Source: Calcarisporiella thermophila CBS 279.70 (Eukaryota > Fungi > Calcarisporiellomycota). From it: DNA of 64,000 nt. The translations under genes and the position numbers were made by a program. The stretch lies in contig NW_027192191.1 in NCBI RefSeq assembly GCF_041956535.1, positions 371,267 to 435,266 of the forward strand, given 5' to 3'. The notes below the pieces were generated by a model. That model worked only from the letters and a program-made list of their open reading frames with translations, made no database searches and was not told the DNA's origin. This document shows positions 13,037-25,945 of the stretch, one piece after another (position 1 is the stretch's first letter; every line of letters starts with the position of its first letter).

Positions 13037-16000
13037 TCACGATAGATACTTATCCAAGAGAAGCGAGAGCCTCGAAAGCCCTATTGGTTTCTAATAGGCA
13101 ATAGAAGTTAAAAAGAAGGCAGACGCTGGTTAAATCCCCGTATCTCTACTCTCAACAAAGCTATTACAGAAAATATAAAGAAACGAAGAATCCTCACCAC
13201 TATCACGTCATCGAATCCATGTTTAACCGCCCATCGTCCGTCTGTCTCTCCCGCCAGACTACTGTCGGCCGTAAGCGCGATGATAACGGTCGCCTTTCTC
13301 CGGCCCTCGCCTCCAGAGCTTGAAAAGTCGCTCACCCTCATGGCCGCTTCGACCTCGGTTGACATTCTCTGCCTTTCAAGGAATTCTCTCTCGTTCAACC
13401 GAATTGCTTCTGCGGTGCTGTACCCATCCATGCCCGGCATGTTTATATCCATCAGAATCAGGCGGTATTGGTACGTGCTGAAGAGTTGGAAGGCCTGGTA
13501 CCCGTTCACCGCCATATCCAACTGGCTGACCCCGAGCTTCTCAAGTTGACGTTTGAGCAGCCTCTGGTGGATGACATTGTCATCCACAATCAGCACACGA
13601 CCCTGCCTCTCGGGAACAGAGTTCGACTGAATCTCCAACGCGTCACTGGTGCTGGCGACTGGCTCGCCATCCGGGCGGGGATTCGAAAACACATCCCCCG
13701 AGCTAATGGGAGTCTTGGGCCCGGAAAATTCATGCGACTCTATCGACGCACGAGGGGTTGCACGCCGTTCAGAAAACCGGAGGGTTGGATAGGTTTTGTT
13801 GAAGTTTTTGGAGTCGAATTTCTTTAGCGATCGGAAGACAGGGGAAGTTCTTCTTCGAGGGATTTTATCCAAGCACTGCTTACGATCCGCACCTGTCTTC
13901 CCATGAGCACTCTTATCGCCGGTGGCCCCCTGTTTTGCTTCACATTTGTCAGATTCCGGCGCCAGCGTAGATCTGAAGGTCGTGAAATGGGCACCATCGA
14001 GCACGCACACCAAGTGCTCCATGATCTCCTTCTCCGAGGTAGGCTTCATGCATATGATCACCTCGTACATTTCCTCGAGCTCATCCCAAGGCCTCAAGTC
14101 GCTAGCAGAGCTTTGCTCGCAAAAGAAAAACACCACGTCTTTAGCGCGTGGGGCATCACTGAACCAGCGATCAAAGCTCCGAATGCGGGAGAAGACGGGG
14201 CGAGGGAGGGGGGTGACATTGGTTAGACTACGTCGAACACGGTAACGCGGAGACCCGGAGCTTGGTGGTTTGGGCCGGGTTGCAGTGATGGTGGAGAGAG
14301 AGATAAGAGTGCGCTGCATGGTCTCAAAAGTATCCAAAACTTTCTCCATATTCTCGCGATCTCGTTCTTGGCCAATCTCATCGATGAGCATTTCCAAGTC
14401 TGTGACCGCGCGTGTCCCCGGCGATACGTCGAGGAGAAAGATGGTGGGGCCCGTTTTCTTTTTAATGCTGTCGACGGGAAGATGTTTAAACAAGGCCTGA
14501 GTCGAGTCCAACAGGTGCACTCGGCCAAGCCCTTGCAGGAACTCTCTGAATCGATCACACCGCGAATACGCAAACACCGGTAGATCTTTCAGAGGAGCTC
14601 GTCTCGACCGCAAGCCGTAACTCCATTGCAGGAGCTTGGGAAGGGCGCGCTCCATGCAGGTAGAGTTCCGCCTTGTCTCCGACTGTTCGTCAAGAGTTTT
14701 GCCCGATTTCTCCAGGGTGAGAACAAACCCAAACTCACTTCCTTTCCCCAACTCTGATTTTAGCGTGACATGACCACCCATTAACTCCACAAACTCCTTC
14801 ACAAGGAATAGGCCCAGACCACTGCCTAGTTTTGCTGTCACGCCCACTTGGGAAAACTCCTTGAACAACTTTGTTTGTGCACTCTTGGAGATGCCGATGC
14901 CGGTGTCTTTGACACTACATTTGATTACAAAAGCGTTCTGAAGCTCCTCGATTAGGCGCACTTTGACGAGGATATACCCTTGATGCGTAAACTTTTGGGC
15001 ATTGGTAAGGAGATTACTCAGCACTTGACGGATCCTCCCTTGATAGTTTTGTTTTTTGTAGAATAGTCAGCGTATAAGCAAGTGAAGTCAGAGAGTTGGA
15101 CAAAACGTCTTTAAAGAAATACCTGAATCGCCATAGAACAAAGATTGCACGTCATAAGGGTATTCCACTAGAAGCTCTAACCCCTTTCGTGCACATAATC
15201 GTTCCATAATCTTACATTCGCGTAAGATGAGCTGATGCAGATCAAAATCCTCCAACACCAGCGTCATCTTGTTTGCGCTGAGCTTACTTGCATCGAGTAG
15301 ATCATTGAGCATCTGCAACATATTGTTTGACAGTTCATCGATTAGCTTTACGTCGCGCTGATACTCGGACAAGTTGGGATCCTTCAGGAGCATTTCAGCA
15401 ATGCTTTGCAGAGCAGAAAGTGGATTTCTGTATTACATACAAGTTAATAAAATCCAAAAAAGATTAGAAATAAGAACCAAATTGCAAGATATCTACCTCA
15501 ACTCATGGGCGACTTGATTGAGATTTGTTTTGGAAAGCTCCATCGCTCTCTCTTTTGTCTTAATAATCTGTGCAGTTGGAAGAAAGGTCGAAAAATCTGC
15601 CGCGGAAACAAATGAAATTAAACATTTAGAAAATATAGTAAGATAATTAGAATCTTCTGTTGATCTGCTTACCATTTAGCAAGATAAATAACAATACACC
15701 CGTTAGGTTGAACAAGAATCCCCAGAGCGCAAGAGAATTCCTCTGGGATTCAGGCAGAGAGAAATGGATGAATAATCCATCGGCGATAAGAGTCGTAATG
15801 TACCAGCTGCTTTGTGTACAGGTAAGAGTCATTACCGCAGGTAATGACAGTAGTTGAAGAGATGCTAGAGCAAGAATTCCTTCAGATTCCCCCAGGTGAA
15901 TGCAACTTGCAGCGAGGAAAAGAAAAAAAGCGCGCGTGGAGCTTCGTTGGGAAATGGAAAGAAAGAGATATACGACAGGAATGAGCCAAAGATAGGGCGA

Positions 16001-16132
16001 TGCGTGCAGTGTAGAAACAACAGCAAGAATGGCAGTGGCCGTGGATAGTGCCCATCGCTTCTTCCACTTCGAGCTCGGAATAAAAGCCCTTCCGGAGCGA
16101 AGGATTGGTGTATCCGCGCTGAATGGAATCAT
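13037..16132 (-). CDS. Membrane-bound hybrid sensor histidine kinase (TM sensor-HisKA-HATPase-receiver)
   Basis: H-box VAHELR/NPL (split by an intron), N-box NLLTNAQKFT, G1 DTGIG, F-box and G2 GSGLGL. Receiver VLIVDDN...LMDINMPGMDG...ALTA. The final exon KPIGLSRLSLLLDKYLS* has its stop at 13037-13039. The N-terminal exon is multi-hydrophobic. Confidence 0.92.
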
Positions 16133-17462
16133 ATATGTACTCGAAATTATGAATGGATGGGTATAAACTTGCTGTTGCTGTGAAAGAAAGAATATGGGCC
16201 TTATCTAATGGTTGCTAGCGCGATTATTTTAAGCGAACGGATTTAGCGAGGTTAGGTTGAAAACGGCGTCAGCGTTTTACTCGTAGAAAGGAAAAAAAAA
16301 AAGAGTCAGCGGCGTTTCAAGCTGTCTTTTACCGAAATCTGAACAGAAATAAGCAGTTTCTTCTCTTGGAGTTCCTAATTAGGTATAATGCATGACACCC
16401 GGCACTTCAAGATCTTAATTTATCGCCAGCACTTTATTCCGGTGACGTAGAGCGTAGTCATGCCCCTTTTAAAGTGTGCTCTAGCAGCATCGGATGGAGG
16501 CATCCCATAGTCGACTATCTAAACTCGGATATCCCCGTTCATTTTGATCTCTTTCCTCTAAGTGAATGACTCGCCCCTCTCTCGATGCAAAACTAGCGGA
16601 ATTAATGTAGATAGCCCGTGGCACATTGGGATCGGGGGAGAGGGGGAGGGGGGGGGGAGCTCATTTGTCAGATAAAAAACACTTGTCCTAAGACTTTGGC
16701 CATAACAAGCCGTATGGATTATATGGATTCAAGCCGACAACATCGATGCAAGCAGAGACGGGGCTGGCGTGAATTAACGAAGTAGTTGTGTTGGGGTGCG
16801 GGTCTAGTGTTCACACCCATTCTAATTAATCTGGCAGCCGCGTTAGGCTGACTCTTTGGGTATGTGAGCAGATTATACTGGCATCTTCATTTCCAGACAA
16901 AGCCTGGTAAGCCTGAAAGAGGACTGCTGTCTGCTTATCATCTGAAATGCTCTTGTTGTCTTCCCTCGCAGCTCTCTCTCAAGATCACAAGCTTTGTATT
17001 TTAAGCGGAATCAGGGTCGCATTCTCTGTGTTCCCTTAGTTTCTTTTCCCCCGCACTTCATTAACACCATTTAGCATTTTGCGGAAGGATCCGTGACTGC
17101 CATCACATTTCATTGGTGTGTAGGAAATGGAAATAGAATACGGAACACAAAGACCCATCTCTCTGGCACGCTCCCCTATCCACTTCAAAGGTGACTCTCT
17201 CATTTTCTCTTTATCATCTTTTCTTTCCATTTGCTGTATGCTGGACTGCATCAAATAGGATACTTCATTAATTTCCCCTCTCCTTTTGTACCTCATCCCC
17301 TCCTTTGCCATTCCGTTCCATTCTTTTCATCATTTTCTAAGAAGAAGAATTTAGTAGATTAGCATTTTTCTATTGGTTAGAACAAGTGTTCCATCCTCCA
17401 GCTCGCCTCGTTCATTCTCTCTTGCTCCTTCTGTATATTAACGTGAGATCGTATTCCTGAAT

Positions 17463-18272
17463 ATGATTATTGAGTCTCGATGGGATACTGCACCTCTATT
17501 GAGACTCAAAAGAAGGCGCAATGACGCTATGGCACTGGCATTGGCCGAAGAACAGACATCAGTGTTAATATCTCAGCCTAGCGGGTCCATTGCTGCACCT
17601 GCTTCTACCTCTGCCTTATCCGCTCCAGCCACCCAATCATCTCTTCCCTCTCAACATACTCCTGAGCCTGTCCATCATTCCGATCAGCATGGTGCGGCAA
17701 AGTTATCTCCTTTGTTAATCTCCATGATTGCCTTGTCTTGTCTTTTGGGATTGGTCGTGCTTCTAGCCTTGTTTGTGTGGTGGAGGCGATCTCAACGGCT
17801 TAAGCAAACTAAACTTCGCACGCGAGAGATGAGGAATCGGTTGAACACCTATTCTTTGAGCTCTGACCTCCCTTCCTCTACGACTTCACCAACCAGTGTA
17901 TATAAATTTTCCGGCTCTCTTCCTCGCTCAACGAACATCTCTCTCTCTGGGCAGACCCCGCCGCCACCATATAGTGCCACCATGGAAGGAAAGGACATCT
18001 TCGTAGATTTTGATGCTGCAGAAGGTTATTGTATACCAACCGGTAGTCCAATTACCTATCCTCCTACGGCGAAGAGTAGTGGGCATGTTACATTCGCATC
18101 TGTTGCCACTCCCCTCGCGGCCATGAATGGAAGAGCGGCTTATGGCGGCGCGGCCCCATCTGCCCACCGCGCTCAGAATAACTACCAGTCTCCTCTAGCT
18201 AGACTGAGCAGGAATCAGAGTGTTCGTCGTCTGCTTGGGCGGTTCTCACGCATGTCATACCAGGTGTGGTAG
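17463..18272 (+). CDS. Single-pass membrane protein with Ser/Pro-rich ectodomain and PPxY motif
   Basis: Intronless 269-aa ORF with one TM (LLISMIALSCLLGLVVLLALFVWW) followed by RRSQR, and a cytosolic PPPPY. Confidence 0.7.
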   Translation: MIIESRWDTAPLLRLKRRRNDAMALALAEEQTSVLISQPSGSIAAPASTSALSAPATQSSLPSQHTPEPVHHSDQHGAAKLSPLLISMIALSCLLGLVVLLALFVWWRRSQRLKQTKLRTREMRNRLNTYSLSSDLPSSTTSPTSVYKFSGSLPRSTNISLSGQTPPPPYSATMEGKDIFVDFDAAEGYCIPTGSPITYPPTAKSSGHVTFASVATPLAAMNGRAAYGGAAPSAHRAQNNYQSPLARLSRNQSVRRLLGRFSRMSYQVW

Positions 18273-18685
18273 CTGTAGATAATGATAAAAAAAGCCGAAA
18301 AATAAGCTATAAAATATGAAAAAAAAACGCAGTGCGTTAGAGGAAGGCATGCTGGCTTATATCTAGATTCAGTGTTTCTCTTGATCTTTCCCCTTGTCTT
18401 TATATATAGTTTTTCCTCCAGTATAGTATAGCTCGAAATATGCCTTTATTTTATTGTTTTTTTTTGTTACAGTTTTTCATTTACTCGCTTCGATTCTCAA
18501 TCATACTCTCTCTTTATTTCTTGTTGATAGGATTTGTTTTGTAGCTTTCTCTCATTATATCTGCTTCCATCCAAGAATACACATCCAATATTCTCTCCAA
18601 GATTTCGGTTCAAATTTTTCTTTTTCCGCGCCAACATTTCCTTTTAAATATTTCCTTATCTTCTTTGATGCCATTTTCATAAAAC

Positions 18686-20800
18686 ATGTCTTCTAATTTC
18701 AAATACTTAAGTGAGAGCAACGGATGTTCGGGGTCTTCACAGCCCCCTTCGCGTGAGTATCCTCCTCTCTCGTGTTTCTTCTCAACACCTTCACCCATTC
18801 TTAGTAATTGACGGTTAACCTTACTATTTCTTGCTGTATATTTTTGTGTAATAATCGATAAAGCCGATTCAGGATCACCTTCCATAGCCCCTATCGATCG
18901 CTCCAACAATAGCTCAAATGAGCCTCGAAGAAAAGGACCGACCGCATACCGGAAGATGAGTGTGTTGGGGTTAGATGTTCCCGGTGTTGTACAGACGCGT
19001 TTTCCAAAAGGTATGTTCTAGCCACGGCACCATTATCAATTGTAGATTTACCTATGGAACACATAGAGGTCGAGGATCGAATTGCTGAAATTGGAAGCAA
19101 GCTTGTGGTGGCTATGGGTAAATATAAGCGATATGCTCGCAAATCACTCGGTTGCTAATTACTAATGTCTTCATAATTCCAGTTGGACTGCCCGCGCGTG
19201 GCAAGAGTTATATAGTAAAAAAACTGACTCGCTATCTTAACTGGCTACAATATGAGACGAAGGTGCTACCCCTGTCGCTTGTTCTTCAATGCTTTTTTCT
19301 CTAAATGTTTGATCAAATTCCAATTAGGTATTTAATGTTGGAAATCGCAGGCGTGAGAAGGCCGCAAGCGACGAGAAATGCACGGGAAAGAGCGTCGATC
19401 ATTCCCACAATTTTTTCGACCCATCCAATGCAGAAGCGAAGCACCTTCGTGACCAGCTCGCAATGGATACACTGGAGGAATTGATTGCATGGTTGAAGAG
19501 CGGAGGAAGAGTTGGGATATTGGATGCAACTAATTCGACTATTGAACGCCGAAAGCTCATATTGGATCGATGCTCAAAGGAATCGAATATCCGTGTTTTA
19601 TTTGTTGAGAGTATATGTACCGATAAGAATGTCCGTTGATATTAAGTATAGCTTGGTGGGGTTGTTGGGCGCCCTATTCACACTAAGTTATATTTTTTAA
19701 ATCACTAGGTATTGGAAAAAAATATGCACCTGAAACTATCCGGGCCTGACTACAAGAGTAAAAATCCTGAAGAGGCCCTTAGAGACTTCAAGATGCGTGT
19801 CGCTAATTACGAAAGGGCTTACCAGACCATCGGCGAAGAAGAAGAAGCAAATGATGTACAGTATTGCAAGTTAATCAACGTCGGGAAGAAGGTGATTGCG
19901 CACAATATCTCAGGGTATTTATCGGGACAGTGCATTTTCTATTTGATGAATTTCAACCTGGCTGGTATGAATGTGAAATGCTTATTCAGTGTATAACAAA
20001 GGTGGATGAGGATGCTAAATGCATTTTTCAATACAATAGCGCGCCAGATCTGGCTCACAAGGCATGGAGAGAGTACCGATAATATGGTTGGGCGGATTGG
20101 AGGCGATGCGTCGGTGAGAATTCTAATCAATTTATCATCAGTAGTAAAAATATATGTGCATAATCGAGCCATTTACTTGCGATAGCTGTCGCCCAAAGGC
20201 CATAAATTTGGCCACACACTGGCTCGATTCATCCGACATCAACGGCAAATTTTCAAGGAGGAACAGGGCCTCCTCTCTCACCCCTTGATTGACTATTCAG
20301 ACCACCAATTCGCCGTATGGACAAGTATGTTGGCGCGAAGTCAAGAGACGGTTGAAGATTTTGATCCACACGAATTTGACATCAAGTGTATTCGCATGCT
20401 TAACGAAATTGATGCTGGAATCTGCGAAGGATTAACGTATGAGGAGATTCGACAACGCTATCCCTCAGAATACGAATTGCGAGCCAAAAATAAGCTCGCC
20501 TACCGATACCCAGGCGGAGAGTCCTATCTTGACGTCATCCACAGGCTACAGCCGCTCATAATCGAGCTGGAGCGAATGACTTCTTCATGCCTAATCGTCA
20601 CGCATCGAGTGGTGATGCGAATCCTTCTTGCTTATCTGCTTGACTGGCACTATCTCGACATGCCCAATATGCACGTACCATTGCACACCATTTACTGCCT
20701 GGAGCCTCGTGAATATGGCACTGTGCTCAAACGATTTCAATACAACTCGGATACAGACTGGTTTGACGAAATAAAAGAGTCGACACACGGCGCGCCGTGA
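18686..20800 (+). CDS. 6-phosphofructo-2-kinase/fructose-2,6-bisphosphatase (Pfk26-like)
   Basis: LDVPG N-terminal motif, kinase P-loop [16 protein letters not shown] and DATNST. Phosphatase motifs LTRHGES, LNEIDAG and YPGGESY. The 5' exons (start 18686) are inferred from in-frame splicing and are less certain. Confidence 0.9.
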
Positions 20801-21676
20801 ATTTAGATTTTTGCACTCCCACCCCCTTTTCTCCTGCTAATTTTTCCCTGCTTCATTTGCCTATATATTGCGTGGTAACTTTTATTATGTGTCTATCTCT
20901 TTCATAATCACCTTATGGTAGTGTTTTTTGTCTTTTCACCTTTCTCTTATCCATTCCTATGACAAACTCATTCCTTTTGTACTAGCATTATGAATGGTAG
21001 AAAAAGAGCAAGCCTGATTCGGCACGAGTTTTATTTGTCCCACCTTGAATTATTAGGAAGTCTAGGAGCTAGAGCATTAATATCTGCGGGGTTGCAAAAA
21101 GCTTATTCCTCTCCTGCGAGGAAGGTTTTTGGCCTGGTGGATTTGAGTCTCTTTATAAAAATAACCATAGTTTGTTTTATTTGATAATTCCCGTTTTCAC
21201 GATTCTCGGTGGAGGATCTCCTTGTAATTCTTGGTTCTTTTTAGACCGCTTGACTCGCCCCTTGGGCTACCCCATTCCGAATTTAATCTAGATTGTGTAT
21301 ATTCCTCTCTCTCATTTTACCCGATTGACAATTATATCATCAGAAATTGGATCGGGAGAAGGGCGAGTAACCATTATCAATTAGGTAAGTCCGATTCTTT
21401 TTGTTTTCTTGAAATTCATTTTCCTGCGATTCTTCCAGATGATGGCTTGAATTCATCACGACTTCTCACACCTTGTAATAATAGCAATTAATCCGCGGGT
21501 TTTGCATGTATTTGTTCTTTTGGATGCTCTCCATTTGCGTTGATTGTCCTCGGTGAAAAGAACATCACTACCACATTCTACTCATATCTAGGCCTCGATA
21601 CCGTTGTAGCATCACGCCACTAACCGGCCAATCTTAAAATTTACTCTCCATCTAATACTTACCAAGTAGTAGCATA

Positions 21677-24600
21677 ATGACATCCACCTCCGTACAATCC
21701 ACCCCAACATCCCCTCCAATTAGTACTCCAGAGCCGCCGGCTGAAAAACCAGCAGACAATCAGCTTCAACAGCTGCTCAAAGAAAAGAATGCCCTTCGCC
21801 AACAGAATGATTCTCTCTGGAAAATTATTGAGAAACAACGCAACGTTCTACAGAACCTGCAGCGTGAGATACAGCGTATAGCAGGGGAGCGTGATGAAGT
21901 GGTTGGAGAAAAAAATGCACTGGCAGCAAAAGTGAAGGAGTTGGAGAGCCTTCTCCACAGATCTTCCCGTGCAGAGGCTGGTCCGAAGGAAGTGCCTGTG
22001 GTGGGTGCTCTCGTGCTGCCAAAGGGACCAGAGGAATCTGGTTCGACGGAGGATTCGGGGCGAATTCTTTCCCCACTGCCGCTATCACCCTCGCAGCTCA
22101 AGTCTTCCTCTACACGTCACGAAGGGGGTTCATACTCCACTCAAGGTGTCACTGGTGAAAATCTTCCCTCGCCTCGTACTACTCTAACTGATTCCGGTCA
22201 CTCACGCCCTTCACCACCCCCTCGTTCCCCATATCGATCTAACACTATACCAACACATGAAGCGGACACACACCTTGATTCCGCTACTAGCAGCCAGCTT
22301 ACTTCACTCCCTATTTCTCCCCAGCTCTCCTCTCATGCGAAGGCGAATAATGAATCCATCCCCAAGGAAGCTTCTCTGCCTCCTGGATTGAGCGTCATTC
22401 CCCCCACCGAACAAACTCGTCCGCTTCGCAAGAAACCTTCATTCCCGCGCGCTTCAATGCTTCCCCCTCCTCGCCTCATCACAGAGCATGACCCAAATCT
22501 ACGTGCCCCTTCGCCACCTTTGCAACGCCCTACATCAATGCATATTCACGTTGGCGCACCTGCTGATGATGGGCCATTGTCTGCTCCTCTCCTTGGGGTG
22601 CCTTCTCCAACCGATATGGGAGGCAATGGACGATCCAAGCGGGAAAGTGCATTCTTCATGGCCCCGCAGGATTTCAAGCTGAGTGATTATTCGCCCCAGC
22701 AGCCACCATCACCCCAGCGGCAGAGACCAGTATCTCCGCTCCAGAAGCAGCTATCACAGCCTTCACTACCCGTGTCAAAATCCCATATACCTTCACTCTC
22801 TGCCGAACACCTTCCTCTATCTCCTCGCGTCGGCAGCTTGATGCCCCGTTCCCCAACAGCTACAGGGAATCAGCACAGTTTTCCAGACAGTCACCCAGCT
22901 TCTCCGTTGGATAAAATGCCGGCATTTGCTAACCCATCGGTAGTTGGGAATGGAAAGCGTACCCCCTCGCCCTCCCTTCCCCAATCGCCTAAAGTCGGTC
23001 TTCGCTCCCCTGGCCAGACTTCCCATCCGAAGCTTCACCCCTCCCATTTTCCAACCTCTAACCCACTCCCCTCCTCTTATCCTCATCAAACCCAAGATAC
23101 CTCTGTTCCCGGTGAATGTGGAAATAAGATGGACTCTATTTCAGGTGTCAATGTTCGTGTAGTTGGAACGGGTTTAAGGGCAATTGAACGCGGAAAGGAA
23201 AAGCTTTGCTTTGTGATTTCTGTGCTGAGAATATCCGACCCTCATACTGGGGCAGAGGAGGAATTGTGGAGAGTAGAAAAATTGTATTCAGATTTTATTG
23301 CCCTGGATGCCAAGGTAAGCATGCTATATTTGGTGTATTGCCCCGCCCCACTCATTACAATGCCAAGCCCACTAACACAACTATACTATTATGTCAGCTT
23401 AAAAAGCAGGAAAATAAAGCAATCGTAAATAGAATTGGAAAGTTGCCAGACAAGAGCATGTTCAGTAGTTATGCGCCTACAATTGTAGAGCAGCGCAAGG
23501 TACAATCCTCGTGAACACTTTGAGCGCCTTTACCACTGTTATTTTAACCAAGTCTATTTGTCTTCAGATCTTATTGGAAAGATATTTGCAGCATATCATT
23601 TCACTTCCGCTTCGGGACCCCGGTGAGATATGTGCATTTTTAAGCAGCGACGTAGTTGAGCAAAAGAAACGGCAGCCACTGGTAAATGGATAATTCATGC
23701 ATATGCAATTAGAGGAGTCTTTTTTATTTAATCCATTTTTACCCACAGATGGCTGGACAGAAGGAAGGCTACTTGACAAAGCGTGGTAAGAGTTTTGGCG
23801 GCTGGAAGAAACGCTATTTCGTACTCAAAGACGGTCCTATCCTCGACTACTACGAAGGCAAAGAGGGCAGCTGGCTTGGATGTATTAAACTCACCCATGC
23901 CCAACTTGCTCGGCACCTGCCTTCCGCTCCTTCCTCAGAGGCCATCCCCTCGTCACCAGTTTCTACCTCCGCTTCTCCAGCCAACTCGAACCAAAACTCG
24001 GATGCCTACCTACATGCTTTTATGATTCTGGAGCCAAAGAAACCGGGATCATCGGCCATAACTCGCCACATCCTGTGTGCTGAGACGGATGAAGAGCGTG
24101 ACGAATGGGTGGAGGCTTTGGCATATTGGATAGGTGTCCCAGAGAAATCCGAAGATGCCATCAACAGAGCCAATGGCAAAAAGTTGACGAATGCAGGTGA
24201 CAAACAACGTAAAATTTCCAAAGATGATATAAAAACCGTCCCTGGTTCTGCACACTCGATCACTTCATCGAGCGGATTTAGTTCCGGAGCAACTGGATTG
24301 GTAGAGGATTTAATTCCACCCCCACCACTGTTAGCACATTCAGGTCAGCGATCAAATTCAGACCCTAATATTGGCGCCTATCTTGGAATGGTTCCTAGCT
24401 TGCAACGGCAGCAACAACAGCCTCCGTCATTCGCAATGCCCCCACAGCGCTCGCCACAGCTCGAGGCTACGATTTCCACATCCTTGCCATCGTGTTCGGC
24501 CGCAGAGCGAGCCAGTCTTGATAGTCATAATTGGCCCCGGGCCAAGTCCGTATCGCCATCTTTCGATTCACGTGAGCGCGCTCGACATGAGCGTACAGAA

Positions 24601-25945
24601 TCGGCCGATTTACCTTCCACTTCCCCGATCCTTGGTTCAAGCGCGCTCTCTGCCGAAGAATCTGTGCAACAAAAGAAGCAGCGTGCTCGCATGACCTTTG
24701 CCTGGGGTCGGATGTTCCGTTCTGAAAACACCAATGCAGAGCCATCGGCATCCCCTGGTGGAATCCGACAGTTATTAGGAGGCGCAAAAGAGAGTGGAAG
24801 AGAAGGACGTCGAGGAATCTTTGGTATACCTCTGGAGGAAGCCATTCAAATCTCCAAAGTCAAGGAGGAGTATGAGCTACCATCCGTTGTGTACCGATGC
24901 ATTGAATATTTGGAAGCAAAGAAGGCGGAGAGAGAGGAGGGGATATATCGACTATCTGGAAGTAGTTCGACTATCAAGATGCTGAAGGAGAGGTTCAACC
25001 ACGGTAAAACTTCTATTTTTTGGACGTATCCCGTCGTACAGAGCATTTGCGCTGACTAAATTTCTTCGCAATTATATTTTAGAGGGAGACGTGGACCTTC
25101 TGAATCAGTCCGAGTATTACGATGTCCATGCCATTGCAGGCCTTCTGAAACTCTATCTTCGTGAGCTGCCTACGGGGGTCCTCACTCGCAACCTTCATAT
25201 GGAGTTCCTTCATGTCATTGATCTTCTTGATCGGAAAGCACGAGTTCGCGAGCTTGGGCGCCTTGTGTGTGCGCTTCCTCTAGCAAATTATACCCTTCTT
25301 CGTGCGCTCACCGCCCACCTTATCCTCATCGTTCAAAATTCGAATCTCAACAAGATGACAATGCGCAACGTGGGGATCGTGTTGGCCCCAACCATCGGGA
25401 TCCCCGCAGGAATTTTGGGCTTGCTGATGACGGAGTTTGAATACATCTTCTACGTGAATGAGGAGGGGGGTCGTGCTCCTCGTCGACTCGAAGAGGATGA
25501 TGAAGATGAGGAGGAGGAGGAGGAGGAGGAAGATGAAGTTGACGAGGAGGATGATGTATCCGTTGAAGCAGAGAATGTGAAAGTGGAAAAGAGCAACCAT
25601 GCGAATAGCAATGAAAAAACCACAACTAGTGCAGTAGAGAGTGACGTGAAGAAGCTTTCGGAGGAAATCCTCACTTCAGGTATATCCCGCCGCGTATCAC
25701 GGATTCGAAGCAATAGGAATAGTCTGAACTATATGGGTGGAGCTCCCGATACCATTATTGGGCTCGAGAAACGCCTTTCTTCTTCGCCGGTGATCCGTGT
25801 CGAGAACGAAGAGCTGGTTGACGAGCTTGGTCTAACAGTCCCTGAAGAGGATGAAGAAGAGAACGGAGAGGTAGAATCCGAAAACCACGAAGAGAAAACG
25901 GCGCAGGTCAAGGGCGAAAAAGAAATGGAAGGAAGCAACGTCTAA
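21677..25945 (+). CDS. Bem3-like Rho GTPase-activating protein (coiled coil-PX-PH-RhoGAP)
   Basis: PX-like WRVEKLYSDFIALD, PH KEGYLTKRGKSFGGWKKRYFVL, and RhoGAP IFGIPLEE...EGIYRLSG...DVHAIAGLLKLYLRELP...NKMTMRNVGIV. Confidence 0.9.
25492..25555 (+). repeat. GAG/GAT trinucleotide run encoding a poly-acidic tract in the RhoGAP
   Basis: Encodes EEDDEDEEEEEEEEDEVDEEDD. Confidence 0.8.

Noticed and set aside
18918-18959. Apparent u[16 protein letters not shown] before PFK-2
   Set aside because: It lies inside a coding exon in another frame, the one carrying the conserved LDVPG motif.
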